Source of the DNA: Methanobacteriaceae archaeon
Lineage (GTDB): Archaea; Methanobacteriota; Methanobacteria; Methanobacteriales; Methanobacteriaceae
Length of the DNA stretch: 27,868 bases
Assembly: GCA_003558085.1 (NCBI GenBank)
Contig: PWMT01000152.1
Location: 1 to 27,868, forward strand
Direction: 5' to 3'
Part shown: positions 1-9,159 of the stretch, in pieces
How positions within the stretch are numbered: the stretch's first letter is position 1
Layout of the letters: every line of letters begins with the position of its first letter
Translations under genes and position numbers: made by a program
The notes under the pieces: generated by a model
What the model was told of the DNA's origin: nothing
Database searches by the model: none
The model's input: the letters and a program-made list of their open reading frames with translations, nothing else

Positions 1-75
1 CGCAAAAAAATTATAAGCAATTGGGATTTGCCCCTATTTAATCAGGAATTTTTTGAAAATATGGACTGGATTTAG
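1..75 (+). CDS. 3' end of a gene entering from the left edge (partial, unknown product)
   Basis: Frame 1 is open from base 1 (RKKIISNWDLPLFNQEFFENMDWI) to TAG at 73-75, followed by an AT-rich spacer. Too short to identify. Confidence 0.45.
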   Translation, partial: RKKIISNWDLPLFNQEFFENMDWI

Positions 76-143
76 CTTATTTTTATTTAAATTAAATTTA
101 AAATATTATGGAATTAAAGAATTTTAAAGGATAAAGATTTCTT

Positions 144-575
144 ATGAAATTTATAGACAGAATATTATCTGCTTTTTTTGGAAACGATAAGCAAAAATTT
201 AGGGAAGTACATTTAGATCAAGAAGTGGTGGATGAGATAATACAAATTTCTCGAGAAGCTACACCCCGAGAATTTGTAGCTCTTTTATCCGGAAAGATCA
301 GAGAACAAATATTGCATATTGATGGTTTGATCTTTTTACCTGGTGAAACCTCTAATGAAGGCGCAGTAATGAAAATCTTTATGCTACCTCCAATGTCTGG
401 AGCGGTGGGATCGGTTCACTCTCATCCAGGTTATTCTGCTCAACCATCTTCAGATGATTTAATTTTCTTTGCAAAAAATGGTTTTTTCCATATAATAATC
501 GCCAAACCCTATACATTAGAGAGTATGGTGGCCTATAATAGTTTAGGGGAAGAAGTGAGTTTTAAGGTTGTTTAA
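144..575 (+). CDS. JAMM/MPN+ (Mov34/PAD-1) zinc metalloprotease, desampylase-like
   Basis: 143 aa with the JAMM signature: E in PREFVALL, then [14 protein letters not shown] (H-x-H-x7-S-x2-D). Confidence 0.88.
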   Translation: MKFIDRILSAFFGNDKQKFREVHLDQEVVDEIIQISREATPREFVALLSGKIREQILHIDGLIFLPGETSNEGAVMKIFMLPPMSGAVGSVHSHPGYSAQPSSDDLIFFAKNGFFHIIIAKPYTLESMVAYNSLGEEVSFKVV

Positions 576-584
576 TTTTTTTTT
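576..584 (+). terminator. Oligo-T archaeal terminator candidate
   Basis: T9 run directly after the JAMM stop codon, in the gap convergent with serA. Confidence 0.5.
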
Positions 585-697
585 AGCAAATTTCCTATAT
601 TGTTATTCTAAAAGAAAAATTAATTTTTAGTATATCCTAAAGGATAATAAATAGTGAATAGTTTTTTTAATTTTTCTTTAAGAACATTCTGAGAAAT

Positions 698-2281
698 TTA
701 ATCAAATTCTAATGAAACAGCGCCATCTACATTATCCATTTTTTTAACTTCCTCTAGAACACTCTGAGGGACGCTTTGATCTACCTTTAAAACCATTATA
801 GCTTCTCCGCCTGCTTCACGACGCCCTACCTGCATGGTGGCAATGTTAATTTCATGTTCACCTAATTTGGTACCAATTGCACCAATAGTTCCTGGCAGGT
901 CTTGATATTTAGCAATAAACATGTTTCCTTCTGGTTTAACATCCACCCAGTAACCATTAATTTTTATAATTTTAGGTTCATCTACAAAGGTACCGTCAAT
1001 GGAAAATACATCTTCATCTGTTTTAATTTCCAATTCGATAATACATTTATATCCTTCTGATTCCAATCTTTTACCTTCAGTAACAACAATGCCCCTATTT
1101 TGAGCAATAGAGAGCGCATTAACTAGATTAACTGGCTCAGTAAGTATAGGATTTAAAATAACTTGGAGTATACTGCGGGTTAAAATATCGTGCTGGGGCA
1201 TTTCAGCTAGTTCACCACAGTAGGTGACATCCATATTTTTTATATTCCCTGAAGTAGCCTGCATCATGAAACTACCCATTTTTTCAGCTAACTCTAAATA
1301 GGGCTTCATGAGTTGGAAATTTTTAGGATCCATAACCGGCATGTTCAACACATTTCGAGGTGATCCGTCCTGAAAAACAGTTATTATTTCGTTTGCCACA
1401 ATCAAAGCCGCATCCCTTTGTGCTTCAACTGTGGATGCTCCTATATGGGGAGTGGCCACTAGGTTATCCAGTTCAAAAAGAGGACTATCTTGGGGTGGTT
1501 CTTCTGTAAAAACATCCAAAGCCGCTCCACCTATTTTATTATTTTTTAAAGCATCATAAAGAGCTTCTTCATTAACAATACCTCCTCGGGAACAGTTAAT
1601 TATGAAGGCAGTGTCTTTCATTATTTCTAATTCATCTGCAGATATTAAATTTCTGGTTTCAGGTGTTAAAGGCACATGGAGGGTTATCAGATCTGATTGC
1701 CTGATCAGGGTTTCAAGATCCACTACACTAACTCCCATTTCTAAGCCAGCTTCATCACTAATATATGGATCGTAAACCAAAATATCCATATTAAATGCTT
1801 TAGCTCTTTTAACTACTTGGGATCCTATTCTACCCATTCCCACAATACCTAAAATTTTATTATTCAATTCCATACCCATGAACTTACTCTTTTCCCATTT
1901 TCCTTCTTTAACTGATTTATCAGCCAGGGATATTTTACGTGCCAGAGACATCATTAAACCCATGGTATGTTCGGCTACTGAAATTGATGTTGACTCTGGA
2001 GCATTAATTACCATTATACCCTTTTCATTGGCGGCCTCCACATCAACATTGTCCACACCTACACCAGCTCGGGCAATAATTTTAAGTTTAGGAGCAGCTT
2101 CAATTACCTCTCGGGTGACTTTAGTCCTGCTTCTAACTACAATAGCATCATAATCTTTTATTGTTTTTACCAGTTCTTCTGGGGTAATGGAGGTATCAAC
2201 CGTTACATCGGCCACCTCTTCAAGATCAGAAATTCCTTTTTCATTTATTGAATCCGCGACAATTACCTTTTTTTGATCCAT
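698..2281 (-). CDS. serA: D-3-phosphoglycerate dehydrogenase (long form with ASB and ACT domains)
   Basis: [11 protein letters not shown], Rossmann [28 protein letters not shown]-terminal ACT domain ([10 protein letters not shown]...NIATMQVGR). GGTGA SD lies just upstream of the ATG. Confidence 0.96.
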   Translation of the reverse strand: MDQKKVIVADSINEKGISDLEEVADVTVDTSITPEELVKTIKDYDAIVVRSRTKVTREVIEAAPKLKIIARAGVGVDNVDVEAANEKGIMVINAPESTSISVAEHTMGLMMSLARKISLADKSVKEGKWEKSKFMGMELNNKILGIVGMGRIGSQVVKRAKAFNMDILVYDPYISDEAGLEMGVSVVDLETLIRQSDLITLHVPLTPETRNLISADELEIMKDTAFIINCSRGGIVNEEALYDALKNNKIGGAALDVFTEEPPQDSPLFELDNLVATPHIGASTVEAQRDAALIVANEIITVFQDGSPRNVLNMPVMDPKNFQLMKPYLELAEKMGSFMMQATSGNIKNMDVTYCGELAEMPQHDILTRSILQVILNPILTEPVNLVNALSIAQNRGIVVTEGKRLESEGYKCIIELEIKTDEDVFSIDGTFVDEPKIIKINGYWVDVKPEGNMFIAKYQDLPGTIGAIGTKLGEHEINIATMQVGRREAGGEAIMVLKVDQSVPQSVLEEVKKMDNVDGAVSLEFD

Positions 2282-2324
2282 AATTTCACCGCTTATTTTC
2301 TCTGATTATTGATATTAACAATCC

Positions 2325-2334
2325 TATTTAAATA
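2325..2334. promoter_or_regulatory. TATA-box candidate (palindromic TATTTAAATA), probably the serA promoter
   Basis: TTTAAATA reads on both strands, about 45 nt upstream of the serA start, in the divergent intergenic region. Confidence 0.45.
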
Positions 2335-2458
2335 TCTATTTTAAGAGTTAATAAAATTCAAAACTGAAAGTAATCAGTATTAGTGCAGCATTATATTTTA
2401 ATCATCAGAAAAATAAAATTATTAGTTACTTAATATATATTAATAGAAGGCTAATATC

Positions 2459-3208
2459 ATGTTTCAAGATTATATCCCCCTAAATGATGAAAAACTACCT
2501 CAAATATTGTTGGGCACATCTCCATTTATTGGTGCTGCTCAGTTTGGTCATCGGGCTCGATTATATCAATTAGATCTCTATTCAAAACCACAAAACATGG
2601 CCAACATTATTAAAAAATCTTTCAATCTGGGTATCAAAGGAATTCAGCTTTTACCTTATGATCCAGTTATTAAAGCCTTAAAATTAGCCCAGGATGATGG
2701 ATGCCCTATGGAGATAGTGGGAACTATACGTCCAGATTTTGAGGAAGCGGATATTGAAACTTTAGCTTCTTTAGAAGCCACTTCCATGTTGCTCCATGCT
2801 AATATAACAGATAAAGGTGAATGGGAAGATTTGGGAGAATACTTGGATGGAATAAAAAATCAAAATTCTATTCCGGGATTAGTTACTCACACTCCCTTTA
2901 AAACCACCCAGGCACTTTTAGAATCCTCTCTTTTAAATGATTTTGACATATACCTCTTACCAGTTAATAGATTAGGTTATCTAATGGATACCAGCCAATT
3001 CCTAGAAGAGGAGAGGGATCAACTTGCTAGTTTGATAAAAGAATTGGATAAAACTATAATAGCCAAAAAAGTATTGGCTGCCGGAATTCTAAGCCCAACT
3101 GAGGCTTTTCAATTCTTAAAAACATGTGATTATGTTGATGCAGTTACAATTGGTATTGCATCGCAATTAGAGGCAGAAGAAACTTTCGGATTGTTATTAA
3201 AGGAATAA
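2459..3208 (+). CDS. Conserved hypothetical protein, aldo/keto-reductase-like TIM barrel
   Basis: 249 aa. N-terminal LLGTSPF and IIAKKVLAAG resemble AKR-fold segments. Catalytic residues not verified. Confidence 0.55.
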   Translation: MFQDYIPLNDEKLPQILLGTSPFIGAAQFGHRARLYQLDLYSKPQNMANIIKKSFNLGIKGIQLLPYDPVIKALKLAQDDGCPMEIVGTIRPDFEEADIETLASLEATSMLLHANITDKGEWEDLGEYLDGIKNQNSIPGLVTHTPFKTTQALLESSLLNDFDIYLLPVNRLGYLMDTSQFLEEERDQLASLIKELDKTIIAKKVLAAGILSPTEAFQFLKTCDYVDAVTIGIASQLEAEETFGLLLKE

Positions 3209-3265
3209 AATAAAACTTAAAATTAAAAAATAGCTACTAAAAAGGAATCGATTAAAAGAATGTTT

Positions 3266-4228
3266 TTAACTACATTCTTTTCTTTCCCTGATTAATTTAA
3301 TTAATTCTCCTGGGGCTTCCATTTCTTCAATTTCCCAATTGTTTACCACGGGGATTCCATCTAAAGATTCAAAAGTTTTTTTACGATCCATGATGAAGAC
3401 AGAATCTGAACCAGTTACAATTGAGAGATCTTTTAAATTCACTGCCATTTTATTTAAAGTTTTCTGGTTTCGCTTCTTATCTAGATTAGTTATCAAAGGA
3501 TTATTAGAAATATTGGCCTTTTTAATAGTGGTTAATGCATCAAAGGGTGTTTTTTGTGTGGGTATAACTCCAAAACCTAAATTTAACAATAATTTAGCTT
3601 CAGAATCTTTTCCTTTTTCCAGGGAATCAGTATTAAATTCTTGCTCAGGAACCTTGAATAAGTCAATAGAAATGGTAATTTTAAGGTCTAAAATATCTTG
3701 CAAAATCATTGCAGTTTCAGGACAAGCTCTGACTAATCCATGTTCATATTTATAAATAGTTTCTCGGGATACATGGGCTAAATCAGCTAAGTCTTTTAAA
3801 GAAAGATTATATTCTTGACGAAGATCTTTTAAGGCTTCTCCATTTATTTGAACGTAATATCCGCCTCTATCTGCAAACACTTCCGGATAATAACCTTCAA
3901 TGATCATGTTTTTTAAGGTTTCTAGAGCAATAACTGGAATACCATGGCGTTCGTAAACCACGTCTTCTTCCAAATATTCTGTTTTAGATTTAAGTCCCAC
4001 TATAAGGGGGGATCCTAAAAAAGTACGGGAAACTTTTTTGATAGAATCAGCCTGTAAACCATTGATACTGTCAATATTAATTAAAACCTTTAATAATAGA
4101 AGCAATAACTTCTTTCTAGCAACCATATCAAAACAGCTTCGATCATAAATATCTGATGTTTCAAATCCATGGTTGGCTAAAAGATTATTAATTTCTTGAA
4201 GGACATGAGCCCTTTCAGTATTAATCAT
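3266..4228 (-). CDS. Archaeal XRE/Cro-type HTH transcriptional regulator (COG1395-like)
   Basis: HTH segment LRQEYNLSLKDLADLAHVSRETIYKYEHG, plus family motifs CFDMVAR, VVYERHGIP and RGGYYV. Start reassigned to the ATG at 4228 (MINTERAH) because GGTGA precedes it and the longer ORF overlaps tiaS. Confidence 0.85.
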   Translation of the reverse strand: MINTERAHVLQEINNLLANHGFETSDIYDRSCFDMVARKKLLLLLLKVLINIDSINGLQADSIKKVSRTFLGSPLIVGLKSKTEYLEEDVVYERHGIPVIALETLKNMIIEGYYPEVFADRGGYYVQINGEALKDLRQEYNLSLKDLADLAHVSRETIYKYEHGLVRACPETAMILQDILDLKITISIDLFKVPEQEFNTDSLEKGKDSEAKLLLNLGFGVIPTQKTPFDALTTIKKANISNNPLITNLDKKRNQKTLNKMAVNLKDLSIVTGSDSVFIMDRKKTFESLDGIPVVNNWEIEEMEAPGELIKLIRERKECS

Positions 4229-4250
4229 ATCATCACCGGTGGTAAGTAAT

Positions 4251-5516
4251 ATGTATGAACTACATGTAGGTATAGATGACACAGATTCCCCAGAGGGAAT
4301 GTGCACTACTTATATTACATGTGTAATTATTGAGCAACTTAAATATTATGGTTACCATGTATCAAGTTATCCTCGACTAATACGTCTCAATCCATTTGCT
4401 AAGTTTAAAACCCGAGGTAATGGGGCTACTTCTTTTATGCTTAGATTAAATTCTATCTCTCAAATAGGAGAGGTGAAAAATATTATTTTAAATAAAGTGG
4501 AAGATTTATCTTGCTTAGAAAATGAGAATACTAATCCAGGAGTTGTTTTTCTTAGAGGGCCGATTACAGATGAATTAGAATCATTTGCTATTAATACAAT
4601 TAGGAACATAATGAGTATTGAAGATGCCAAAACGATGATTCAAAAACTAAATGCAGAATACTATATTTTTAAAAATGGTAGGGGGATCATTGGAGCCTTA
4701 GCTGCTATTGGGTGCCCCTTAGAGGATTATACATTTGAATTGCTTTCCTATCGTTTACCTGAAAATTATGGTAAAAAGAGAAATATAAACCATCAATCAG
4801 TCATTTCAATGGATGAGAAAACTTATCCGCAGACTTTTGATAATTTAGACGGTAAATATATGGCTATAGCACCTAAAACTCCTTGTCCTATTCTATATGG
4901 TATTCGTGGTGAAACTCCGGATGCTGTTTTAAAGGCACATTATTTAGTAGAGACTCAGGAACCTATAGAGCGCTATTGTATCTTCCAGACCAATCAACAT
5001 ACTGATATTCATCTCCAAAAAATAAATGAAATAAAAAATATGCAAAAATATGGATGTTACATTGTCTCCGGAGAAGTTAAAGATACTCCCTGGTATATTG
5101 AAGGAGGACATGTTTTTTTCAAGCTTAAGGATGATTCTGGAATAATAGAATGTGCAGCCTATGAGCCTACTAAAGAGTTTAGAAAAATAGTAAAAAAATT
5201 GCAACCAGGAGACCAGGTAGAAGTATATGGTGGAATAGGTTCCCAGGGAACATTGAATTTGGAAAAGATAAAGATAAAAAGTTTGACTCCGGTATTCTTC
5301 GAAGAAAACCCTTTATGTATCTGCGGAAAACGTATGAAATCTGCAGGAAAAGATAAAGGATTTAAATGTTCCCATTGTGGAGAAAAAATTCGAGAAAAAT
5401 CTAAGATCAGTAAAAAAATAAGAAGGAAAATAACACCCGGCTTTTATGAGGTTCCTCCTTCTGCCCGCCGCCACTTATCCAAGCCATTGATACGTTTAAA
5501 GGGAGAATCAACCTAA
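4251..5516 (+). CDS. tiaS: tRNA(Ile2) 2-agmatinylcytidine synthetase
   Basis: GIDDTD...GMCTTY, RLNP..KTRGNG, GRGIIGALAAIG, TNQHTD, OB-fold GGHVFF, zinc ribbon CICG...CSHCG, and terminal RRHLSKP. The ATG at 4251 follows a GGTGGT SD. Confidence 0.93.
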   Translation: MYELHVGIDDTDSPEGMCTTYITCVIIEQLKYYGYHVSSYPRLIRLNPFAKFKTRGNGATSFMLRLNSISQIGEVKNIILNKVEDLSCLENENTNPGVVFLRGPITDELESFAINTIRNIMSIEDAKTMIQKLNAEYYIFKNGRGIIGALAAIGCPLEDYTFELLSYRLPENYGKKRNINHQSVISMDEKTYPQTFDNLDGKYMAIAPKTPCPILYGIRGETPDAVLKAHYLVETQEPIERYCIFQTNQHTDIHLQKINEIKNMQKYGCYIVSGEVKDTPWYIEGGHVFFKLKDDSGIIECAAYEPTKEFRKIVKKLQPGDQVEVYGGIGSQGTLNLEKIKIKSLTPVFFEENPLCICGKRMKSAGKDKGFKCSHCGEKIREKSKISKKIRRKITPGFYEVPPSARRHLSKPLIRLKGEST

Positions 5517-5532
5517 TTTTTTCATCTTTTTT
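5517..5532 (+). terminator. Oligo-T terminator candidate after tiaS
   Basis: Two T6 runs directly after the stop codon. Confidence 0.4.
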
Positions 5533-5612
5533 ATTGAAATTGATAATCAGATTTACTTAATTCAATATAGAATAGTAAAATATATTTCATTTTTTTACTT
5601 ATCATATAATTA

Positions 5613-7004
5613 ATGATCAGCTCAGCATTCGCCTCATTTATAGAAAATTTATACTGGGAAGAAATACCTCCTAATATCATTGAAAAAGCTAAATATTGTT
5701 TGATAGATTATTTAGGAGTAACTCTTCGAGGCTCCAGGGAAAAAAGTTCTCAAGCTGCATGCAGACTAATGAATTCTATTCAAAAGACAGATAAAGATTC
5801 AGCGGGATTAGTTACTATTTGGGGCCATGGGAAGGGGGGATTAATGGAAGCCTGTTTTCTAAACGGGATTTCCTCTCATGCTCTAGACTTAGATGATGGT
5901 CATGCTTTGGCTCAAGTTCATCCAGGATGTGCAATTATAACTTCTGCTCTGGCCTTAACCGAATATTATGATAAAACTGGCCAAGATTTATTGGAAGCTA
6001 TAATTACAGGCTATGAAGTGGAAATAGCTTTAGGTATTCTTTTTAATCCTCATCATAGAAATCAAGGTTTTCATAGTACCGGGACCCTGGGAGTCTTCGG
6101 TTCAACTGCTGCTGCAGCAAAAATTCTTGATTTAAATCAGGAACATATTATAAATGCATTGGGTTTGGCAGGATCCCAATCCTGCGGACTTTTAGAATCA
6201 GATCATGCCGGTACAATGGCTAAACATTTACATGCTGGCCATGCAGCTCAATCAGGTGTAAGATCTGCTATTATGGCTCAAAATGGATTTACAGGACCTT
6301 CAAGTATTTTTGAGGGTCGGGAAGGATTTATAAATAGTATGTGTAATTTAAATATTAATTTCAGTGAATTAGAATCGGATCTGAATTCTCTTTTAGGCCA
6401 ATTTCATATTAAAGATGTTTATTTTAAGAAGTATCCTGTTTGTCGTCATTTGCATTCTGCTATTGATTCAGCTTTACACATTTTTAATGAATTTAAAGTA
6501 AAACAGATTAATATTGATCAGATTGAAAATATCAAAGTCCATACTTATAAAATTGCGGCTGAACATGATAATCATTATCCGGAAACAGCAGCAGCTACTA
6601 GACAAAGCTTACCGGTTTCTGTAGCTATTGCATTAGCTAAAGGAGATATAAAATTAGAAGATGTAAAAGCATATGATCAACTTTCCCCAGAAATCAGAGA
6701 ATTAACTCATAAAATAATGATAGAGTTTGATGAGAACTTAGATAATTTTCAGCCATACCAAAGGCCTTCTCGAATAAAAATTGTTTATCATTCAAATATT
6801 AATAAAAAAATAGCTTTAAAACCTTTTAATATTGAAATAATCACTTTCAATCCTGCAGGAGATATTGATAATCCACTTACCCATAAAGAAATAAAGCATA
6901 AATTTCAGGTCTTAAATCCACAACATAAAGACCTAAACTGGGAGATTTTAAATGAGTTGGAGACACAGAAGATGGGATCACTAGTGAATAATTTAAATCT
7001 ATAA
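5613..7004 (+). CDS. MmgE/PrpD family protein (2-methylcitrate dehydratase / cis-aconitate decarboxylase / iminodisuccinate epimerase superfamily)
   Basis: NGISSHALDLDDGH, VHPG, GYEV, GFHSTG, KHLHAG, GFTGP..IFEG..GF and FKKYPVCRHLH are typical family motifs. Substrate cannot be determined from sequence. Confidence 0.9.
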   Translation: MISSAFASFIENLYWEEIPPNIIEKAKYCLIDYLGVTLRGSREKSSQAACRLMNSIQKTDKDSAGLVTIWGHGKGGLMEACFLNGISSHALDLDDGHALAQVHPGCAIITSALALTEYYDKTGQDLLEAIITGYEVEIALGILFNPHHRNQGFHSTGTLGVFGSTAAAAKILDLNQEHIINALGLAGSQSCGLLESDHAGTMAKHLHAGHAAQSGVRSAIMAQNGFTGPSSIFEGREGFINSMCNLNINFSELESDLNSLLGQFHIKDVYFKKYPVCRHLHSAIDSALHIFNEFKVKQINIDQIENIKVHTYKIAAEHDNHYPETAAATRQSLPVSVAIALAKGDIKLEDVKAYDQLSPEIRELTHKIMIEFDENLDNFQPYQRPSRIKIVYHSNINKKIALKPFNIEIITFNPAGDIDNPLTHKEIKHKFQVLNPQHKDLNWEILNELETQKMGSLVNNLNL

Positions 7005-7208
7005 AAAAATTTATCCAATTTAGAATGAACTAGAATAGGTTTTATCATTTAGAATTAAACTATATTTGGAGGCAATGGCATTTTAAAAAAATCGTATATA
7101 ATTAATCAGAGCTAAAAGAATAACTAAATTTTATTAAATGTATTTTAAATAAGTTTTATTAAAGAATACTTTATTTTTAAATGTATTCTAATTATAGGGG
7201 ATGAGTTA

Positions 7209-8117
7209 ATGCATAAAACTACACTCTTTCTACAAAATCTTGGAATCAATACTTCTTCTAGAAAGCATTCACTAGAATCTAAAAAGAGATTTGATGATGG
7301 TTCGCAATACCGCTTTGAAGTTCCTGGAATACAAAGACCGGAGACTTTGCAGGCTTTAATTAGTGCCATAGATGATTACGAATTGATTATACATCGGGTT
7401 ACTCAGACTAAAGGGATAATGTTACTCACTGATCATGAAATAGAAGAAATGGGGGATTTGGCCCGAGATGCTAATATAGAATTATTTTTAAGTGTGGGAC
7501 CAAGAGCCACTTATGATACTAGTGCTTCAGTTCACACTAAAGAGGGTGTACGAATTGGTTATCGTTTAAGGGGATATGAAAATCTGGTATATGCTATTGA
7601 AGATGTTAAAAGAGCAGCAAATCTGGGTATTAGGGGAATGGTTATCTATGACGAAGGTTTGCTTTGGATATTAAATCAAATGAGAGAAAAAGGAGAGATC
7701 CCTAAAAATCTTCATTTTAAAGTATCCGCCCATACCGGCCATGGAAATCCGGCTTCGGCTTTATTATTGGAGAATATAGGGGCAGATTCATTTAATCCAG
7801 TACGGGATTTACAGATCCCGATGTTGGCTAGTATAAGAGGAGCTATAGACATTGCCATAGATGTACATACTGAAAATCCTAAATCTTCAGGAGGTTTTAT
7901 TCGCCATTATGAGGTCCCAGATATTATTAGAGTAACCGCACCGGTTTATTTAAAAACTGGTGGGGCAATAGCCCAGCACCATGGATGGGATACCACCAAG
8001 AACCAGGCTAGAGAACGAGTCAGACAAGTGGCACTGGTACAGTCCATGATCAATGATTACTATCCTCAGGCTATAATTTCAAAACAGGGAAGCAAGGATC
8101 TGAATATACCTATTTAA
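7209..8117 (+). CDS. U32-peptidase-like TIM-barrel protein lacking cysteines
   Basis: 302 aa. RFDDGSQYRFEVP, GIRGMVIYDEGLL, KVSAHTGHGNP and LENIGADSFNP resemble the U32 barrel. The translation contains no Cys. Confidence 0.6.
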   Translation: MHKTTLFLQNLGINTSSRKHSLESKKRFDDGSQYRFEVPGIQRPETLQALISAIDDYELIIHRVTQTKGIMLLTDHEIEEMGDLARDANIELFLSVGPRATYDTSASVHTKEGVRIGYRLRGYENLVYAIEDVKRAANLGIRGMVIYDEGLLWILNQMREKGEIPKNLHFKVSAHTGHGNPASALLLENIGADSFNPVRDLQIPMLASIRGAIDIAIDVHTENPKSSGGFIRHYEVPDIIRVTAPVYLKTGGAIAQHHGWDTTKNQARERVRQVALVQSMINDYYPQAIISKQGSKDLNIPI

Positions 8118-8195
8118 TTATTATTCTTAATCTTTTCAAAAATATTAACTTTAATTAAGATTATCTTGTGGATATAAAAATTAGAGATTATATAA

Positions 8196-9047
8196 GTGGA
8201 AATAATGAGCATCACCTATAAAGTACAAGAAGCATTGATAGAAGCCAGTACTACATTTCGATCAGATCAAATTCAGGCTTATCAAAATGCAATAGAAAAG
8301 GAAACTAATGAAAATGCAGCTTGGGTGCTAGAAATTTTACTGGAAAATGCTTTAATCGCCCAAAATAAGAAAGTTCCTCTTTGTGATGATACAGGAATTC
8401 CCCATGTATTAGTGGAGATAGGTAATGAAGCTCCAATACCAATTCATTTTTGGGATGAGATTTCTAATGGTATTGAAAAAGGTCTTCAAAAACTTCCTGG
8501 CCGTCCCATGGCAGTTAAAGGCGGTGATATTGAACAAATTGAACAGAGTAAAGGATTGTTTAATGATCCTGGTAAAGTAATTTCTCCGGCCTTCTCAGTA
8601 GATAAAATAAGTGGTAATAAAGTAAAAATCCATATATTAATGTTGGGAGGTGGTCCAGAAATACGGGCCAAGACTTATAGGGTTTTTCATAGGAGAGATA
8701 ATAGAAAAGTATTTGAGGAAGTGCAAACATGGTTGAAATCAGAGGCTTCAATTTTAGGATGCACTCCCTGTACTCCTGCTGTTGGAATTGGTAGGACTCA
8801 TTTTGAAGCTACAAATTTAATGTTAAAGGCCATGGCCTATGGAAATTTAAATCAGCAGTCTAAATGGGAAGAAGATTTAACTAATTCCATAAATCAGTCT
8901 AATATTGGGCCACTGGGAATGGGTGGTGCGGTAACAGCATTAGGTTCATTTGTGAATATTGGACCACAAAGGGCTAGCGGGGTTAGAATTCTTTCCATGC
9001 GCCCTTGTTGTTGTGTAGAACCTAGAAGAGCCAGCATAGAATTTTAG
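8196..9047 (+). CDS. Fe-S hydro-lyase alpha subunit (class I fumarate hydratase / tartrate dehydratase alpha-like)
   Basis: PLCDDTG (cf. PxCQDTG), GGGPE (cf. GGGSE), GCTPC..AVGIG, NIGPLGMGG..TAL, C-terminal CCC...RRA. Start is either GTG 8196 or ATG 8205. Confidence 0.85.
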   Translation: MEIMSITYKVQEALIEASTTFRSDQIQAYQNAIEKETNENAAWVLEILLENALIAQNKKVPLCDDTGIPHVLVEIGNEAPIPIHFWDEISNGIEKGLQKLPGRPMAVKGGDIEQIEQSKGLFNDPGKVISPAFSVDKISGNKVKIHILMLGGGPEIRAKTYRVFHRRDNRKVFEEVQTWLKSEASILGCTPCTPAVGIGRTHFEATNLMLKAMAYGNLNQQSKWEEDLTNSINQSNIGPLGMGGAVTALGSFVNIGPQRASGVRILSMRPCCCVEPRRASIEF

Positions 9048-9159
9048 GATATTTAAAAGCTAATTTCTGATCATAATTTAATTAATGGCTAAAATAACTT
9101 TAAAAGGGTAGTTTATACTTAAATATCATTATCTTTCTATTTTTTAGGGGGGTATATAA

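Noticed and set aside
1878-3755. Plus-strand ORFs 1878-2153 and 3339-3755
   Set aside because: Antisense shadows of serA and the HTH regulator, with Ser/Ile/Phe-biased composition and no motifs.
4229-4306. 26-codon N-terminal extension of the HTH regulator given in the ORF track
   Set aside because: It overlaps the conserved tiaS N-terminus on the other strand, and the ATG at 4228 has a good SD.
4944-8751. Minus-strand ORFs 4944-5204, 7145-7369, 8486-8671 and 8560-8751
   Set aside because: Antisense to well-supported genes, with no recognisable features.
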